A stretch of DNA of 64,000 nt from an uncultured Candidatus Saccharibacteria bacterium (lineage in GTDB: Bacteria; Patescibacteriota; Minisyncoccia; Portnoybacterales; UBA2143): NCBI GenBank assembly GCA_964413015.1, contig CAYPQZ010000008.1:37387-101386 (forward strand). Direction: 5' to 3'. Numbering within the stretch: the first letter of the stretch is position 1; every line of letters starts with the position of its first letter. Below, in pieces: positions 45,083-54,845 of the stretch. A program made the position numbers and the translations under genes. The notes under the pieces were generated by a model. The model was not told the origin of the DNA. It searched no databases and worked only from the letters and a program-made list of their open reading frames with translations.

Positions 45083-45453
45083 ATAATTCAATAGATTCAT
45101 TAAAGCTTATATACATTATAACAGAGAATTATTAAATTTTGCAAGGAGGATTCCCAATCGAGTTCTTTCTCTAATAGGAAGCATTAGTATTGGCTTTAAT
45201 GCATGTATCCGGGTTAAATGTGAGTGAAATGGTTTAGAATAAAAATTTAGATGATTATTTTTTTGAAAGTAATCGCGGCAACGGAATAGTTAAAAAAGCT
45301 GTTCAGAAGATTTTCCCAAATGTCTTAAAAAATGCTAAAATTAGAAAGTCGGTTGAATTGTTAGTCTATAAAGGTTAGAGACAACTTAAATCTATACTAA
45401 AGTAGCTAACTTAAAATTAAAGGATATTTCTAATCCTTTAGATAATTTATAAT

Positions 45454-45537
45454 ATGTCTAAATACAATCCGCAGAAAATTGAGAAAAAGTGGCCCGCCTT
45501 CGCCAAGGCTTCGGCAGGGCAGGCAAAAGAACTATGA
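45454..45537 (+). CDS. Upstream ORF (27 codons) duplicating the LeuRS N-terminus; stop overlaps leuS ATG (ATGA)
   Basis: It encodes MSKYNPQKIEKKWPAFAKASAGQAKEL. Its first 13 residues match the canonical LeuRS N-terminus (YNP.EIE.KWQ..W) and the true leuS start MKYNFNKIEPKWQKKW. The DNA also matches (GAGAAAAAGTGGCCCGCC vs CAGAAAAAGTGGGCCGAG). Confidence 0.3.
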   Translation: MSKYNPQKIEKKWPAFAKASAGQAKEL

Positions 45538-47933
45538 AATATAACTTTAATAAAATAGAACCTAAATGGCAGAAAAAGTGGGCCGAGCAGGAGCTTTATC
45601 AAGCCAAAGATTTTGATAAGCGGCCCAAGAAATATATTATGGTGGAGTTCCCCTATCCTTCGGGCGACGGTCTGCATATGGGGCACTTGCGCAGTTATTG
45701 CTCTTTAGACGCTTTGGCGCGCAAAAAAAGAATGGAAGGGTTTAACGTCCTTTATCCCATGGGTTGGGATGCTTTTGGCCTGCCGACCGAGAATTACGCT
45801 ATTAAGACCGGAATCCATCCGGCCAAAGTGACTGCTGAAAATATTAAAGTTTTTAAAAAGCAGATGAATTCATTGGGTCTTTCTTTTGACTGGTCGCGGG
45901 AAATTAACACGACCGACCCCGAATACTATAAATGGTCTCAGTGGATATTCCTTCAGTTTTTCAAAAAAGGTCTGGCTTATCAATCGGAAATGCCAATCAA
46001 CTGGTGTCCTAGCTGTAAAATCGGTCTGGCTAATGAAGAAGTTATTTCCGGCAAGTGCGAACGCTGTGGCGTCCAGACCGAGAAAAAAACAATCAAACAG
46101 TGGATGCTTAAAATTACCGAGTACGCCGACCGGTTAATTGGGGATTTAGACAAGGTTAATTATTTAGACAAAATTAAGACCCAGCAAATTAACTGGATTG
46201 GCCGAAGTTACGGCAGCCAGTTTGATTTGCCGGTAGTTGACTCTTCGGAAAAGATTACTGTTTTTACTACTCGTATAGACACTATTTTCGGCATTACAGC
46301 CATGATTGTAGCTCCAGAACATCCTTTATTGGACAAATTGACTATTTCGAAAAACAAAGAAAAAGTTAAAGAGTATGTTTTAGAATCTAAAAAGAAAAGC
46401 GAATTTGAAAGAACCCAATTAGAAAAAGAAAAAACTGGTGTTTTCACCGGCTCTTATTGCCTTAATCCGATTAATCAAGAAAAAGTGCCGATTTGGGTGA
46501 GTGATTATGTAATTGCCACTTACGGCGGCGGAGCGGTTATGATTGTTCCGGCTCACGATAAAAGAGATTATCAATTTGCCAAAAAATATGGTTTGGAAAT
46601 TAGAGAAGTTATTAGCGGAGGCAATATTGAAGATGAACCTTATACGGAATATGGCAAATTGGTGAATTCAGGCGAATTTAACGGTTTGACTTCACGGGAA
46701 GCCATTAAAAAAATTACTGAATGGTTGATTAAGAATCGATGTGGCCAGCGGACAGTTCAATACAAACTGCGCGATTGGATTTTTTCCCGTCAGCATTACT
46801 GGGGCGAGCCAATTCCGATTATTCATTGTCCGAAATGCGGAGCGGTGGCTGTACCGGATAAAGATTTGCCAGTAAAACTGCCGGAAGTTGAAAGATATCA
46901 ACCCAGTAATACTGGAGAGTCGCCTTTAGCTAAAATTAAAGAATGGGTTGAGACAAAATGTCCGGAATGCGGCGGACCGGCCCAGCGGGAGACCGACACT
47001 ATGCCTAATTGGGCCGGTTCCTCCTGGTATTTTTTAAGATACATTGACCCGCATAATGATAAAGAATTAGCTGATTCAAAAAAGTTAAAATACTGGCTGC
47101 CGGTTGATTTATACAACGGCGGCATGGAGCATACTACTCTACATCTGCTTTACTCCCGTTTTTGGCATAAATTTTTGTATGATTTGAAGATTGTTCCGAC
47201 CGAAGAGCCTTATCAGCGTCGTTATTCCCACGGAGTGGTTCTGGCTGAAGACAATCGCAAAATGAGTAAGAGTTTTGATAATGTAATTCGGCCAGATGAT
47301 GTTATTAAGAAATATGGGGCTGATACTCTAAGAATTTACGAAATGTTTATGGGGCCTTTTGACCAAATGATTAGCTGGAGCGACAAAGGAGTCCAGGGCT
47401 GTTTTCGTTTCCTGAACCGTGTCTGGCAGGTGTTTAATAATCAGCAGAAAATCAGTTCTCAAACCAGTAAAGAATTGTTGCCCAGGCTCCATCAACTAAT
47501 TAAGAAAGTTGACAAGGATTTGGAAGCGATGAAATTCAATACAGCCGTGGCTGCCTTTATGGAATTTGTGAATGACTGGGCTGAAGACAAACAGGTTTTA
47601 AGTAAAGAAGATACAGAAATTTTCCTGCGGCTATTGTCTCCTCTAACTCCCCATTTAGCCGAAGAATTATGGGAAAAATCAGGCCATCGGAAAAGCATTT
47701 TACTGGAGCCATGGCCGGAGCATGATAAAAAATTAATTAAACAAGAAACTTGGCAATTAATTATTCAAGTCAATGGCAAGGTTAGGGGGAAAATAGAAAT
47801 CAAGCAGGGGATTTCTGAAAAAGAAGCTGGAGAAGTCGCTTTATCGCAGGATAAGATAAAAAAGTGGTTAAATGGGCAAAAACCCAAGAAGATTATCTAT
47901 ATCCCCAATCGTTTGGTTAATATAGTCGTTTAG
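45534..47933 (+). CDS. leuS: Leucyl-tRNA synthetase
   Basis: HIGH (PYPSGDGLHMGHL), a CP1 editing domain and KMSKS (RKMSKSFDN). The ATG at 45534 is preferred over the ORF-track GTG at 45489. Confidence 0.9.
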   Translation: MKYNFNKIEPKWQKKWAEQELYQAKDFDKRPKKYIMVEFPYPSGDGLHMGHLRSYCSLDALARKKRMEGFNVLYPMGWDAFGLPTENYAIKTGIHPAKVTAENIKVFKKQMNSLGLSFDWSREINTTDPEYYKWSQWIFLQFFKKGLAYQSEMPINWCPSCKIGLANEEVISGKCERCGVQTEKKTIKQWMLKITEYADRLIGDLDKVNYLDKIKTQQINWIGRSYGSQFDLPVVDSSEKITVFTTRIDTIFGITAMIVAPEHPLLDKLTISKNKEKVKEYVLESKKKSEFERTQLEKEKTGVFTGSYCLNPINQEKVPIWVSDYVIATYGGGAVMIVPAHDKRDYQFAKKYGLEIREVISGGNIEDEPYTEYGKLVNSGEFNGLTSREAIKKITEWLIKNRCGQRTVQYKLRDWIFSRQHYWGEPIPIIHCPKCGAVAVPDKDLPVKLPEVERYQPSNTGESPLAKIKEWVETKCPECGGPAQRETDTMPNWAGSSWYFLRYIDPHNDKELADSKKLKYWLPVDLYNGGMEHTTLHLLYSRFWHKFLYDLKIVPTEEPYQRRYSHGVVLAEDNRKMSKSFDNVIRPDDVIKKYGADTLRIYEMFMGPFDQMISWSDKGVQGCFRFLNRVWQVFNNQQKISSQTSKELLPRLHQLIKKVDKDLEAMKFNTAVAAFMEFVNDWAEDKQVLSKEDTEIFLRLLSPLTPHLAEELWEKSGHRKSILLEPWPEHDKKLIKQETWQLIIQVNGKVRGKIEIKQGISEKEAGEVALSQDKIKKWLNGQKPKKIIYIPNRLVNIVV

Positions 47934-47937
47934 CCTT

Positions 47938-48576
47938 ATGGAAATTATTAAATTCAATTTATCCGGCGAGTTGGATAATCGAATTGTTGAAGTGGCGGCC
48001 GGGGTAATCCAAAGAAATGGAAGTATTATTTACCCGACTGATACGGTTTACGGGATTGGGGTTAAGGCATTGGATAGGCATAATATCGAGCGTCTTTTTA
48101 AAATAAAAAAAAGACCGGAAACAAAGCCGGTTCCAATAATGGTCCGCGATATTGCCATGGCCAAGAAACTGGCTTTTATTAATCGGGAACGGGAAAAAGT
48201 CTTGGAAGAAGTTTGGCCTGGACAGGTAACTGTTGTTTTAGAAAAGAGAGCCTTTGTGCCGGATATCTTAACCGCTAACCGGAGGACTGTTGGGTTGAGA
48301 ATCCCAAATTTTCCATTCACCCAGGCCCTAATGGCTCAGCTGGAAGAGCCAATCACTGTTACTTCGGCCAATTTTTCTGGCCAGCCGCCGTTAAATTCGG
48401 CTAAGGAAGTTATTAAGATTTTTTCTAAGGCCTACCCTCGGCCGGATTTAATTCTGGACGCCGGCAATCTGCCGCCCAGTCCGCCTTCAACCGTTCTGGA
48501 TTTAACCGGTTTAAATCCTAAAATTACCCGAGTCGGCCCGATTAGCAAAAAACAGCTTGATAAGCTGTTTAAGTAG
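47938..48576 (+). CDS. tsaC: L-threonylcarbamoyladenylate synthase (YrdC/TsaC)
   Basis: 212 aa with the YrdC fold motif IIYPTDTVYGIGVKA. Confidence 0.8.
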   Translation: MEIIKFNLSGELDNRIVEVAAGVIQRNGSIIYPTDTVYGIGVKALDRHNIERLFKIKKRPETKPVPIMVRDIAMAKKLAFINREREKVLEEVWPGQVTVVLEKRAFVPDILTANRRTVGLRIPNFPFTQALMAQLEEPITVTSANFSGQPPLNSAKEVIKIFSKAYPRPDLILDAGNLPPSPPSTVLDLTGLNPKITRVGPISKKQLDKLFK

Positions 48577-48620
48577 CTAGTCGGCTATCGCATAGCCGAC
48601 TGGAGTAGCCGACTGGATTG

Positions 48621-48704
48621 TGCCGGAGGCGGGAGTCGAACCCGCAAGGACCGAAGTCCACAGCATTTTGAGTGCTGCGTGTCTGCCAGTTCCACCACTC
48701 CGGC
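48621..48704 (-). tRNA. tRNA-Leu (anticodon CAA), type II with long variable arm; CCA not encoded
   Basis: Reverse strand GCCGGAGUGGUGGAACUGGCAGACACGCAGCACUCAAAAUGCUGUGGACUUCGGUCCUUGCGGGUUCGACUCCCGCCUCCGGCA. It has a 7-bp acceptor, a CAGCA/UGCUG anticodon stem with loop CUCAAAA, and a GCGGG/CCCGC T-stem. Confidence 0.85.
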
Positions 48705-48768
48705 TTGTTTACATTTTCTCCTAAAAAGCTCTTGTTGTCAATTGGAAAATGAGGTATAATAAAACTGT

Positions 48769-49533
48769 ATGGCTCAAATCGTGAGTTTAGTCAATCAAAA
48801 AGGAGGGGTGTCAAAAACAACTACCGGAATTAATCTTTGCGCATATTTGGCGGCTATGGGTAAGTATGTTTTACTAGTTGATATTGACCCGCAATCGAAC
48901 GCCACTTCCGGAATTGGCATTGACCCTCAAAAAGCCCCTTTGAGCCTGTATCACTCTTTAATAGGCGGCATCCTTCCCGAAGAGATTATCCGTAAGACTA
49001 ATCTCTTTGGTTATGACGTAATGCCTTCCAGCTCCGATTTGGCCGGAGCGACCGTAGAATTAGTTTCCCAGCCCAATCGCGAGTTCAAGCTTCAGGAGCT
49101 GCTGCGCCGAATCAGAACTAACTATGACTATATCTTGATTGATTGTCCGCCCAGTTTAGGTCTTTTAACAATTAATGGGCTGGTGGCGGCTGACGAAATT
49201 ATTATCCCGGTGCAGTGCGAATATTACGCTTTGGAAGGATTAGGCCAATTACTGAAAACGGTTGAATTAATTGAGGAGAATTTAAAGAGCCCGACAAAGA
49301 TAAAAGGAGCTTTGCTAACTATGTATGACCGTCGGAATCGGCTTTCCCGCCAGGTGAGAAAAGAAATAGAAAGGAATTTTGCCGGTTATGTTTTTGAAAC
49401 CATTATTCCCAGATGCGTAAAATTGGCTGAAGCGCCCAGTTTTGGACAGTCAATTTTGCAGTATAATTCTCATTCTAAAGGCGCTAAGGCTTATAGCCAA
49501 TTAGCTAAAGAAATTATTCAAATAGATAAGTAG
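48769..49533 (+). CDS. parA: Chromosome partitioning ATPase ParA/Soj
   Basis: 254 aa with a deviant Walker A (NQKGGVSKTTT). Confidence 0.9.
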   Translation: MAQIVSLVNQKGGVSKTTTGINLCAYLAAMGKYVLLVDIDPQSNATSGIGIDPQKAPLSLYHSLIGGILPEEIIRKTNLFGYDVMPSSSDLAGATVELVSQPNREFKLQELLRRIRTNYDYILIDCPPSLGLLTINGLVAADEIIIPVQCEYYALEGLGQLLKTVELIEENLKSPTKIKGALLTMYDRRNRLSRQVRKEIERNFAGYVFETIIPRCVKLAEAPSFGQSILQYNSHSKGAKAYSQLAKEIIQIDK

Positions 49534-49542
49534 TATAAATAT

Positions 49543-50430
49543 ATGAGACAATCGCTTGGCAGAGGATTAGGCTCTTTAATCCCTAAAAAAAGAACTGAAA
49601 AATATTTTCCTCCGGCAACGGACAAATCAAAAAAGGAAAGCGTTTTTAGCGTTGAAATCGATAAGATTAAACCCAATTCCAATCAACCGCGCAGCGAGTT
49701 TCCCCAAGACGCTTTGAAAGAGCTGGCTGAATCAATTAAGGAACACGGGATTCTTCAACCCTTAATTGTTGCTAAAAGCGAGAAATCAACCAGTCGAGGC
49801 AGACAGGTTGAATACGAACTGGTGGCCGGAGAAAGAAGATGGCGGGCGGCCCAAATAGCCAAACTGCCTCAAGTGCCGGTAATCATTAGGGATAGTTCTG
49901 CCAAGGAAAAATTAGAAATAGCCCTGGTAGAAAATCTTCAGCGCGAAGACCTTAACCCGATAGAAGAGGCGGGTGCTTTTAGGCAGCTCCAAAAGGAGTT
50001 TAAATTAAGGCATATTGACATTGCCCAAAAAGTAGGTAAGTCCCGGGTGGTGATTACTAATACTCTACGTTTGCTGGATTTGCCTAAAGAAGCCCAAAGG
50101 GCTTTATCGAACGGCCGCATTAGCGAAGGCCATGGCCGTGCTATTTTAATCGCCAGCCCATCTTCGCAATCGGCACTTTTCCGAGAAATTGTTAGAAGGG
50201 GCTTGAGTGTTCGCCGTGCAGAAGAAAGAGCGAGGGAATTGTCTTTGCCTAAAAAACCAAGAACAGTTGGTCCTAGAAATCCTGTTTTTATAAAAATAGA
50301 AAAAGACCTGGGCAAGGCCTTGGGTAGTCGGGTGAGCATTATCAAAAGAGGTGGCAATAACTATTTAAATATTGAATTTGTCAGTCAAAAGGATTTGGAC
50401 AAAATAGTTGGCTATCTGATGAAAATTTGA
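49543..50430 (+). CDS. parB: Chromosome partitioning protein ParB/Spo0J
   Basis: 295 aa with the ParB box (GERRWRAAQIA) and an HTH. Confidence 0.9.
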   Translation: MRQSLGRGLGSLIPKKRTEKYFPPATDKSKKESVFSVEIDKIKPNSNQPRSEFPQDALKELAESIKEHGILQPLIVAKSEKSTSRGRQVEYELVAGERRWRAAQIAKLPQVPVIIRDSSAKEKLEIALVENLQREDLNPIEEAGAFRQLQKEFKLRHIDIAQKVGKSRVVITNTLRLLDLPKEAQRALSNGRISEGHGRAILIASPSSQSALFREIVRRGLSVRRAEERARELSLPKKPRTVGPRNPVFIKIEKDLGKALGSRVSIIKRGGNNYLNIEFVSQKDLDKIVGYLMKI

Positions 50431-50489
50431 TTTCTCTACGAATTACGAATCTTATACGGATATACGGATAATTAGTAATTTGCAGTCTT

Positions 50490-51959
50490 CTAATTTTTTC
50501 TGAACCAGGCGCTGATTCTGTTTTTTGCCTGGGTGGTTTTAGTAAATTTAAGCCAATCTCGATTTGGCTTTTTGTTTTTTTGAATGACAATTTCCACTAT
50601 CTGTCCATTTTTCAAAGGTTCGGACAAGGAACTTAACTTACCGTCAATTTTGACGCCGGCGCATTGGTTGCCAATGTCAGTATGGATTTGATAAGCAAAA
50701 TCTATGGCAGTGCTTCCTTCAGGCAAATCAATTACGTCGCCCTTGGGAGTAAAAACGAAAATCCGGTCTTTTAAAAAATCAATTTTTAGAGAATTAATAA
50801 AATCCTGATACGAGGAAGATTTTTCTTTTTGCCATTCTTGAAGCTGTTTAACCCAGATTAATTCTTTCTTCAATTCTTTTTCCGGTTTTCTTCCAAGAAT
50901 TTTCTTTTCAATGTAGTTCCTGATCCCTTTCCCCTCGCTGTAATACCAGTGGGCCGCAATTCCGTATTCGGCTTCCTGATGCATTTCGGGAGTCCTAATT
51001 TGGAATTCAGTTATTTTGCCCTTTTCGCAGAAAACAGTTGTGTGAAGCGATTGATATCCATTGGGCTTGGGAATAGCGATATAATCCTTAACTCGGCCGA
51101 TTAACGGCTTCCATTTTTTATGGATAAATCCCAAAGCGGCATAGCAGGTTTCAATATCCGGGACAATTATTCTTATAGCCACCAAATCATATATCCTGTG
51201 CCAGTCCATGTCATAACGTTGAAGTTTTTTATATAAGCTATAATAATGTTTAGTTCGGGCATGTATTTCTACGACTTTAATTCCTTCTTTGGTTAATTTC
51301 TTTTTGATTAGAGGAATGATTTTTTTTAAGTAATCTTTGTTTTGACTATATCTATCCTTAACCTGTTTGATTAGCCCCTGATATTCTTTGGGATAGGTGT
51401 AAGAAAAGGATAAATCTTCTAATTCTCCTTTAAGCTCACCAATTCCAAGCCGATTAGCTAGTGGAGCATAAATATCCAAAGTTTCCAAAGCAATTCTTTT
51501 CTGCTTTTCGGGCGGGAAGACGTAAAGAGTTTTTAATCCATGCAATCGGTTGAAAAGCTTAATTATTACAACTCTAATATCTTGAGCCATGGCCAGGAAC
51601 AATCTCCGGAGATTTTCCAAACTGCGTTCGGCTTTATGATGCTCTATTTTCCCGACATTAGTGACTCCTTTAACCAAGAAAGCAATTTCTTCACCAAATT
51701 CTTTTTTGAGCTGTTCTTCTGGAATATTAGCCCTCTCTAATGATTCATGGAGAATGGTTGTGGCAATGGTAGTAGAATCCAGCTTTATATTAGCCAAGCT
51801 CAAAGCAATTTCTAGGCAATGGTCGAAATACGTCTGACCGGAAAGCCTGACTAACCCTTGATAATGTTCTTTAGCAAAAAAGCAGGCCTTGCTAATTAAG
51901 TTTAAATTAAGGTCCGGATTAATTTTTTCTAATTCTTTTAAAAATTGCTTTATCTCCAT
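50490..51959 (-). CDS. rel: RelA/SpoT homolog (HD + synthetase + TGS; no ACT/RIS tail)
   Basis: 489 aa with an HD-like region (FDHCLEIAL...TILHESLE), a synthetase motif (DYIAIPKPNGYQSLHTTV) and TGS (IFVFTPKGDVIDLPEGSTAIDFAYQIHTDIG). Confidence 0.85.
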   Translation of the reverse strand: MEIKQFLKELEKINPDLNLNLISKACFFAKEHYQGLVRLSGQTYFDHCLEIALSLANIKLDSTTIATTILHESLERANIPEEQLKKEFGEEIAFLVKGVTNVGKIEHHKAERSLENLRRLFLAMAQDIRVVIIKLFNRLHGLKTLYVFPPEKQKRIALETLDIYAPLANRLGIGELKGELEDLSFSYTYPKEYQGLIKQVKDRYSQNKDYLKKIIPLIKKKLTKEGIKVVEIHARTKHYYSLYKKLQRYDMDWHRIYDLVAIRIIVPDIETCYAALGFIHKKWKPLIGRVKDYIAIPKPNGYQSLHTTVFCEKGKITEFQIRTPEMHQEAEYGIAAHWYYSEGKGIRNYIEKKILGRKPEKELKKELIWVKQLQEWQKEKSSSYQDFINSLKIDFLKDRIFVFTPKGDVIDLPEGSTAIDFAYQIHTDIGNQCAGVKIDGKLSSLSEPLKNGQIVEIVIQKNKKPNRDWLKFTKTTQAKNRISAWFRKN

Positions 51960-51978
51960 TAGGTTTATTGTAATACCT

Positions 51979-52006
51979 TGACAATTGATATGTAAAGACT
52001 AGAATT
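51979..52006 (+). promoter_or_regulatory. Sigma70-like promoter for the NUDIX gene
   Basis: TTGACA (51979-51984), a 16-nt spacer, TAGAAT (52001-52006). The RBS AGGAGG lies 10 nt upstream of the ATG at 52079. Confidence 0.45.
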
Positions 52007-52078
52007 TAGATAGATTAAGTTCTTTTTAATTTGACTGAGCAACAAACCTTCTAAAAGGACTGAAAGGAGGTTTTTATA

Positions 52079-52585
52079 ATGAAAGAGAAAAGAGTGAAGG
52101 CCGATTTGGTGGTAGCTGGTTTTCTGAAAAATCAAAGAGGCGAAGTTTTATTAGTAGAAAGGAATGACGATTGGACCTTGCCTACCGGGCATATGGACAT
52201 TAGCAGAGACAGTAATTTGAAGGAAACTGTTAATAGAGAAATGAAAGAGGAATTGTCGGGACTGAAAAGGTTGATTATCGTTGAATCGCTGGATACTTTT
52301 GTAAGACATTCTGAGTTGGTGAGAAACAAGGGCAGTTCTTTAAAGTCCAAATCTATAGCAATCTATTCATGCAACGTGTATGACAGCGAAATTGAGTATT
52401 TTAATGAGGGAGGCACAAGAAAGAAAAAAATTTGGATAAGGCCGTCTCAAGCGCTAGGATTAGATAACTTAGATGATTTAGCAAAGTTTGCTATAAATAT
52501 GTTCTTAAAAAGGTATTCCGGCAAGAAAGAAAATGGAGGTAATGGAAATGTCAAAGTCAATCCCAACAAAGACTCTATCAAGTAA
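52079..52585 (+). CDS. NUDIX hydrolase
   Basis: 168 aa with a Nudix box (GHMDISRDSNLKETVNREMKEELSG). Confidence 0.75.
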   Translation: MKEKRVKADLVVAGFLKNQRGEVLLVERNDDWTLPTGHMDISRDSNLKETVNREMKEELSGLKRLIIVESLDTFVRHSELVRNKGSSLKSKSIAIYSCNVYDSEIEYFNEGGTRKKKIWIRPSQALGLDNLDDLAKFAINMFLKRYSGKKENGGNGNVKVNPNKDSIK

Positions 52586-52661
52586 GCTTCTCTATCGTAG
52601 AAGGGGAAGTAGGTCTGTTCCAGCCATATTTAGCCCTGTTTTGTTTGAAAACGAAACAGGG

Positions 52662-54845
52662 CTATTTTTTATCAGATAATTTTTCCTGATAATCACATTC
52701 TTTGTTGCTGCATTTAATCTGCTTGTTTTTTGTTTCAACCAGCAGAGAGCCGCATTTGGGACATTTTTTGTTAATTGGTTTTTCCCACAGAGCAAAGTCG
52801 CATCTCGGGTATTCAGAGCAGGAATAGAAAATTCTTCCTTTTTTTGTTTTCCTTTCAACCAATTCGCCTTTTTTGCATTTAGGGCATTTAACTTCGGTAG
52901 ATTTTTTAATTGGTTTAACGTTTTTGCATTTCGGATAATTACTGCAAGCCAGGAACGGGCCGAATTTTCCATGCTTGACTATCATCGGGGCCCCGCATTT
53001 ATCACAGACTTCGCTTCTGTATTTTTCTCGGAGTTGCTTCTCTTCACCCAATGGTTCAGTGTATTTGCATTTTGGGAAATTAGAGCAGGCCAAAAATTTT
53101 CCAAAACGTCCCAGCTTTATAACCAAAGGGCTTTTGCATAAAGGACATTTCTTGTCGGTCGGTTGTTCCAGTTTTTTCTTTTTTACCGCCTCATATTTTT
53201 CCAAAAGATTTTCGTTAAAGGGTTCGTAAAAATCTTTTAATACTTTTAACCAATTCTGCTTGTTTTCGGCGATTTTATCAAGGTCTTCTTCTAAATAGGC
53301 GGTAAATTTGACATCAACAATTTTAGGAAAATTCTCTTTGAGCATTTCAGTTACAATAGACCCTATTTCAGTCGGAACAAATCTTTTCTGTTCGTCTTTT
53401 CCAGCGTAACCCCGTTCCTGGATAGTGCTGATAATTGGGGCATAGGTTGAAGGTCGGCCAATTCCGTAATCCTCTAGAACCTTTATTAAAGACGCTTCAG
53501 TATAGCGGGCCGGCGGTTGGGTAAAATGTTGTTCCGGAATAAGCTTGACTAGTTTCAAGATTTCTTCTTTATCCAATGGGGGCAGTTCCGATTCTTTGTA
53601 TTTGACAGGGTACGCTTTCAAGAACCCGTCAAATTTCAGGATTGAGCCGGTAGCTCGGAAAAGATATTTTCTTGCCTGGATGTCGGCGATTACGGAATCA
53701 AAACGAGCGGGGGTCATTTGGCAGGCAATAAATTTACTCCAGATCAGGCTGTAGAGCTTGCTTTGCCTTGGATTTAATTTTGATTTAATTTGTTGTGGCT
53801 GACGGCTGGGCTGGGTTGGCCGAATAGCTTCATGGGCTTCCTGGGCGCCTTTGGATTTGTTCTTGTAAACTCGGGGCGCCTCCAAAGAATATTTTTTACC
53901 ATATTCTTTTTCAATAAATTTCTTGACTGCTTTCAACGCTTCGCTGGAAAGATTTAAAGAGTCGGTTCGGTGATAAGTGATGTAGCCCTGTTCATAAAGC
54001 CGCTGGGCCAGAAACATGGTTTGCTTGGCGGAAAATCCTAATTTGCGGGCCGCTTCTTGTTGAAGTATACTGGTAGTAAAAGGCGGTCCGGGATGTTTCT
54101 GAACTTCTTTTTTCTTAATCTCAATTACTTTGTATTCAGCGTCTTTTAAATCTTTTAAGATTTTATCTTTTTCTTCTTTGGTTTTGACTCCCGGTTTAGG
54201 CAAGTTCTTGTCGTCTATTTTTATTAATTTAGCTTCAAATTTTTTATCTTTGTTTTTAAGCAGCAGGGCGGCGATTGTCCAATATTCTTCCGGCTTAAAA
54301 TCCTTAATCTCTTCTTCCCGATCAACAATCAGACGAACCGCCACAGATTGAACTCGGCCGGCGGATAGTCCTTTCATTACTTTTCTCCATAAAAAAGGCG
54401 ATAGTTTGTATCCAACCAGTCGGTCCAAAATCCTCCTGGCCTGTTGGGCATCAACCAAATGCATATCTATCTTTTTCGGATTGGCTAAGGCCTGTTCAAT
54501 GGCCGTCTTAGTTATTTCATGAAAGGCAATCCTTTGGTAATCATCTTTGTTAAGTTTTAGAATTTGGGCTATATGCCAAGCGATAGCTTCTCCTTCGCGA
54601 TCTTGGTCAGTTGCCAGAATTACCAAAGTTGCCTTTTGACTGGCCTGCTCCAATTCCTTAACAATTTTTTTGGCTTTTTCCGGAATTACGTATTCCGGAT
54701 TGAAATCATTTTTGATATCAATACCAATATTTTTTTCCGGCAGGTCGCGGATATGTCCGTAAGAAGATAAAATTTTGTAATTTTTGCCAATAAATCGGCT
54801 GATTGTTTTTGCTTTGGTCGGGCTTTCTACAATAATTAGGTTCAT
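52662..54845 (-). CDS. topA: DNA topoisomerase I with multiple C-terminal zinc ribbons
   Basis: 727 aa with Toprim (MNLIIVESPTKAKTI), the catalytic Tyr region and three or more C4 zinc ribbons (CPLCKS...CDKCGA...CPKCKKG...CPKCGS). Confidence 0.9.
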   Translation of the reverse strand: MNLIIVESPTKAKTISRFIGKNYKILSSYGHIRDLPEKNIGIDIKNDFNPEYVIPEKAKKIVKELEQASQKATLVILATDQDREGEAIAWHIAQILKLNKDDYQRIAFHEITKTAIEQALANPKKIDMHLVDAQQARRILDRLVGYKLSPFLWRKVMKGLSAGRVQSVAVRLIVDREEEIKDFKPEEYWTIAALLLKNKDKKFEAKLIKIDDKNLPKPGVKTKEEKDKILKDLKDAEYKVIEIKKKEVQKHPGPPFTTSILQQEAARKLGFSAKQTMFLAQRLYEQGYITYHRTDSLNLSSEALKAVKKFIEKEYGKKYSLEAPRVYKNKSKGAQEAHEAIRPTQPSRQPQQIKSKLNPRQSKLYSLIWSKFIACQMTPARFDSVIADIQARKYLFRATGSILKFDGFLKAYPVKYKESELPPLDKEEILKLVKLIPEQHFTQPPARYTEASLIKVLEDYGIGRPSTYAPIISTIQERGYAGKDEQKRFVPTEIGSIVTEMLKENFPKIVDVKFTAYLEEDLDKIAENKQNWLKVLKDFYEPFNENLLEKYEAVKKKKLEQPTDKKCPLCKSPLVIKLGRFGKFLACSNFPKCKYTEPLGEEKQLREKYRSEVCDKCGAPMIVKHGKFGPFLACSNYPKCKNVKPIKKSTEVKCPKCKKGELVERKTKKGRIFYSCSEYPRCDFALWEKPINKKCPKCGSLLVETKNKQIKCSNKECDYQEKLSDKK

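Noticed and set aside
48733-48762. Promoter TTGTCA...TATAAT upstream of parA
   Set aside because: The spacer between the -35-like and -10-like hexamers is only ~14 nt. It is plausible but too weak to list as a feature.
52592-52972. 126-aa minus-strand ORF overlapping the topA 3' region
   Set aside because: It overlaps the zinc-ribbon coding region of topA in another frame. topA is strongly supported.
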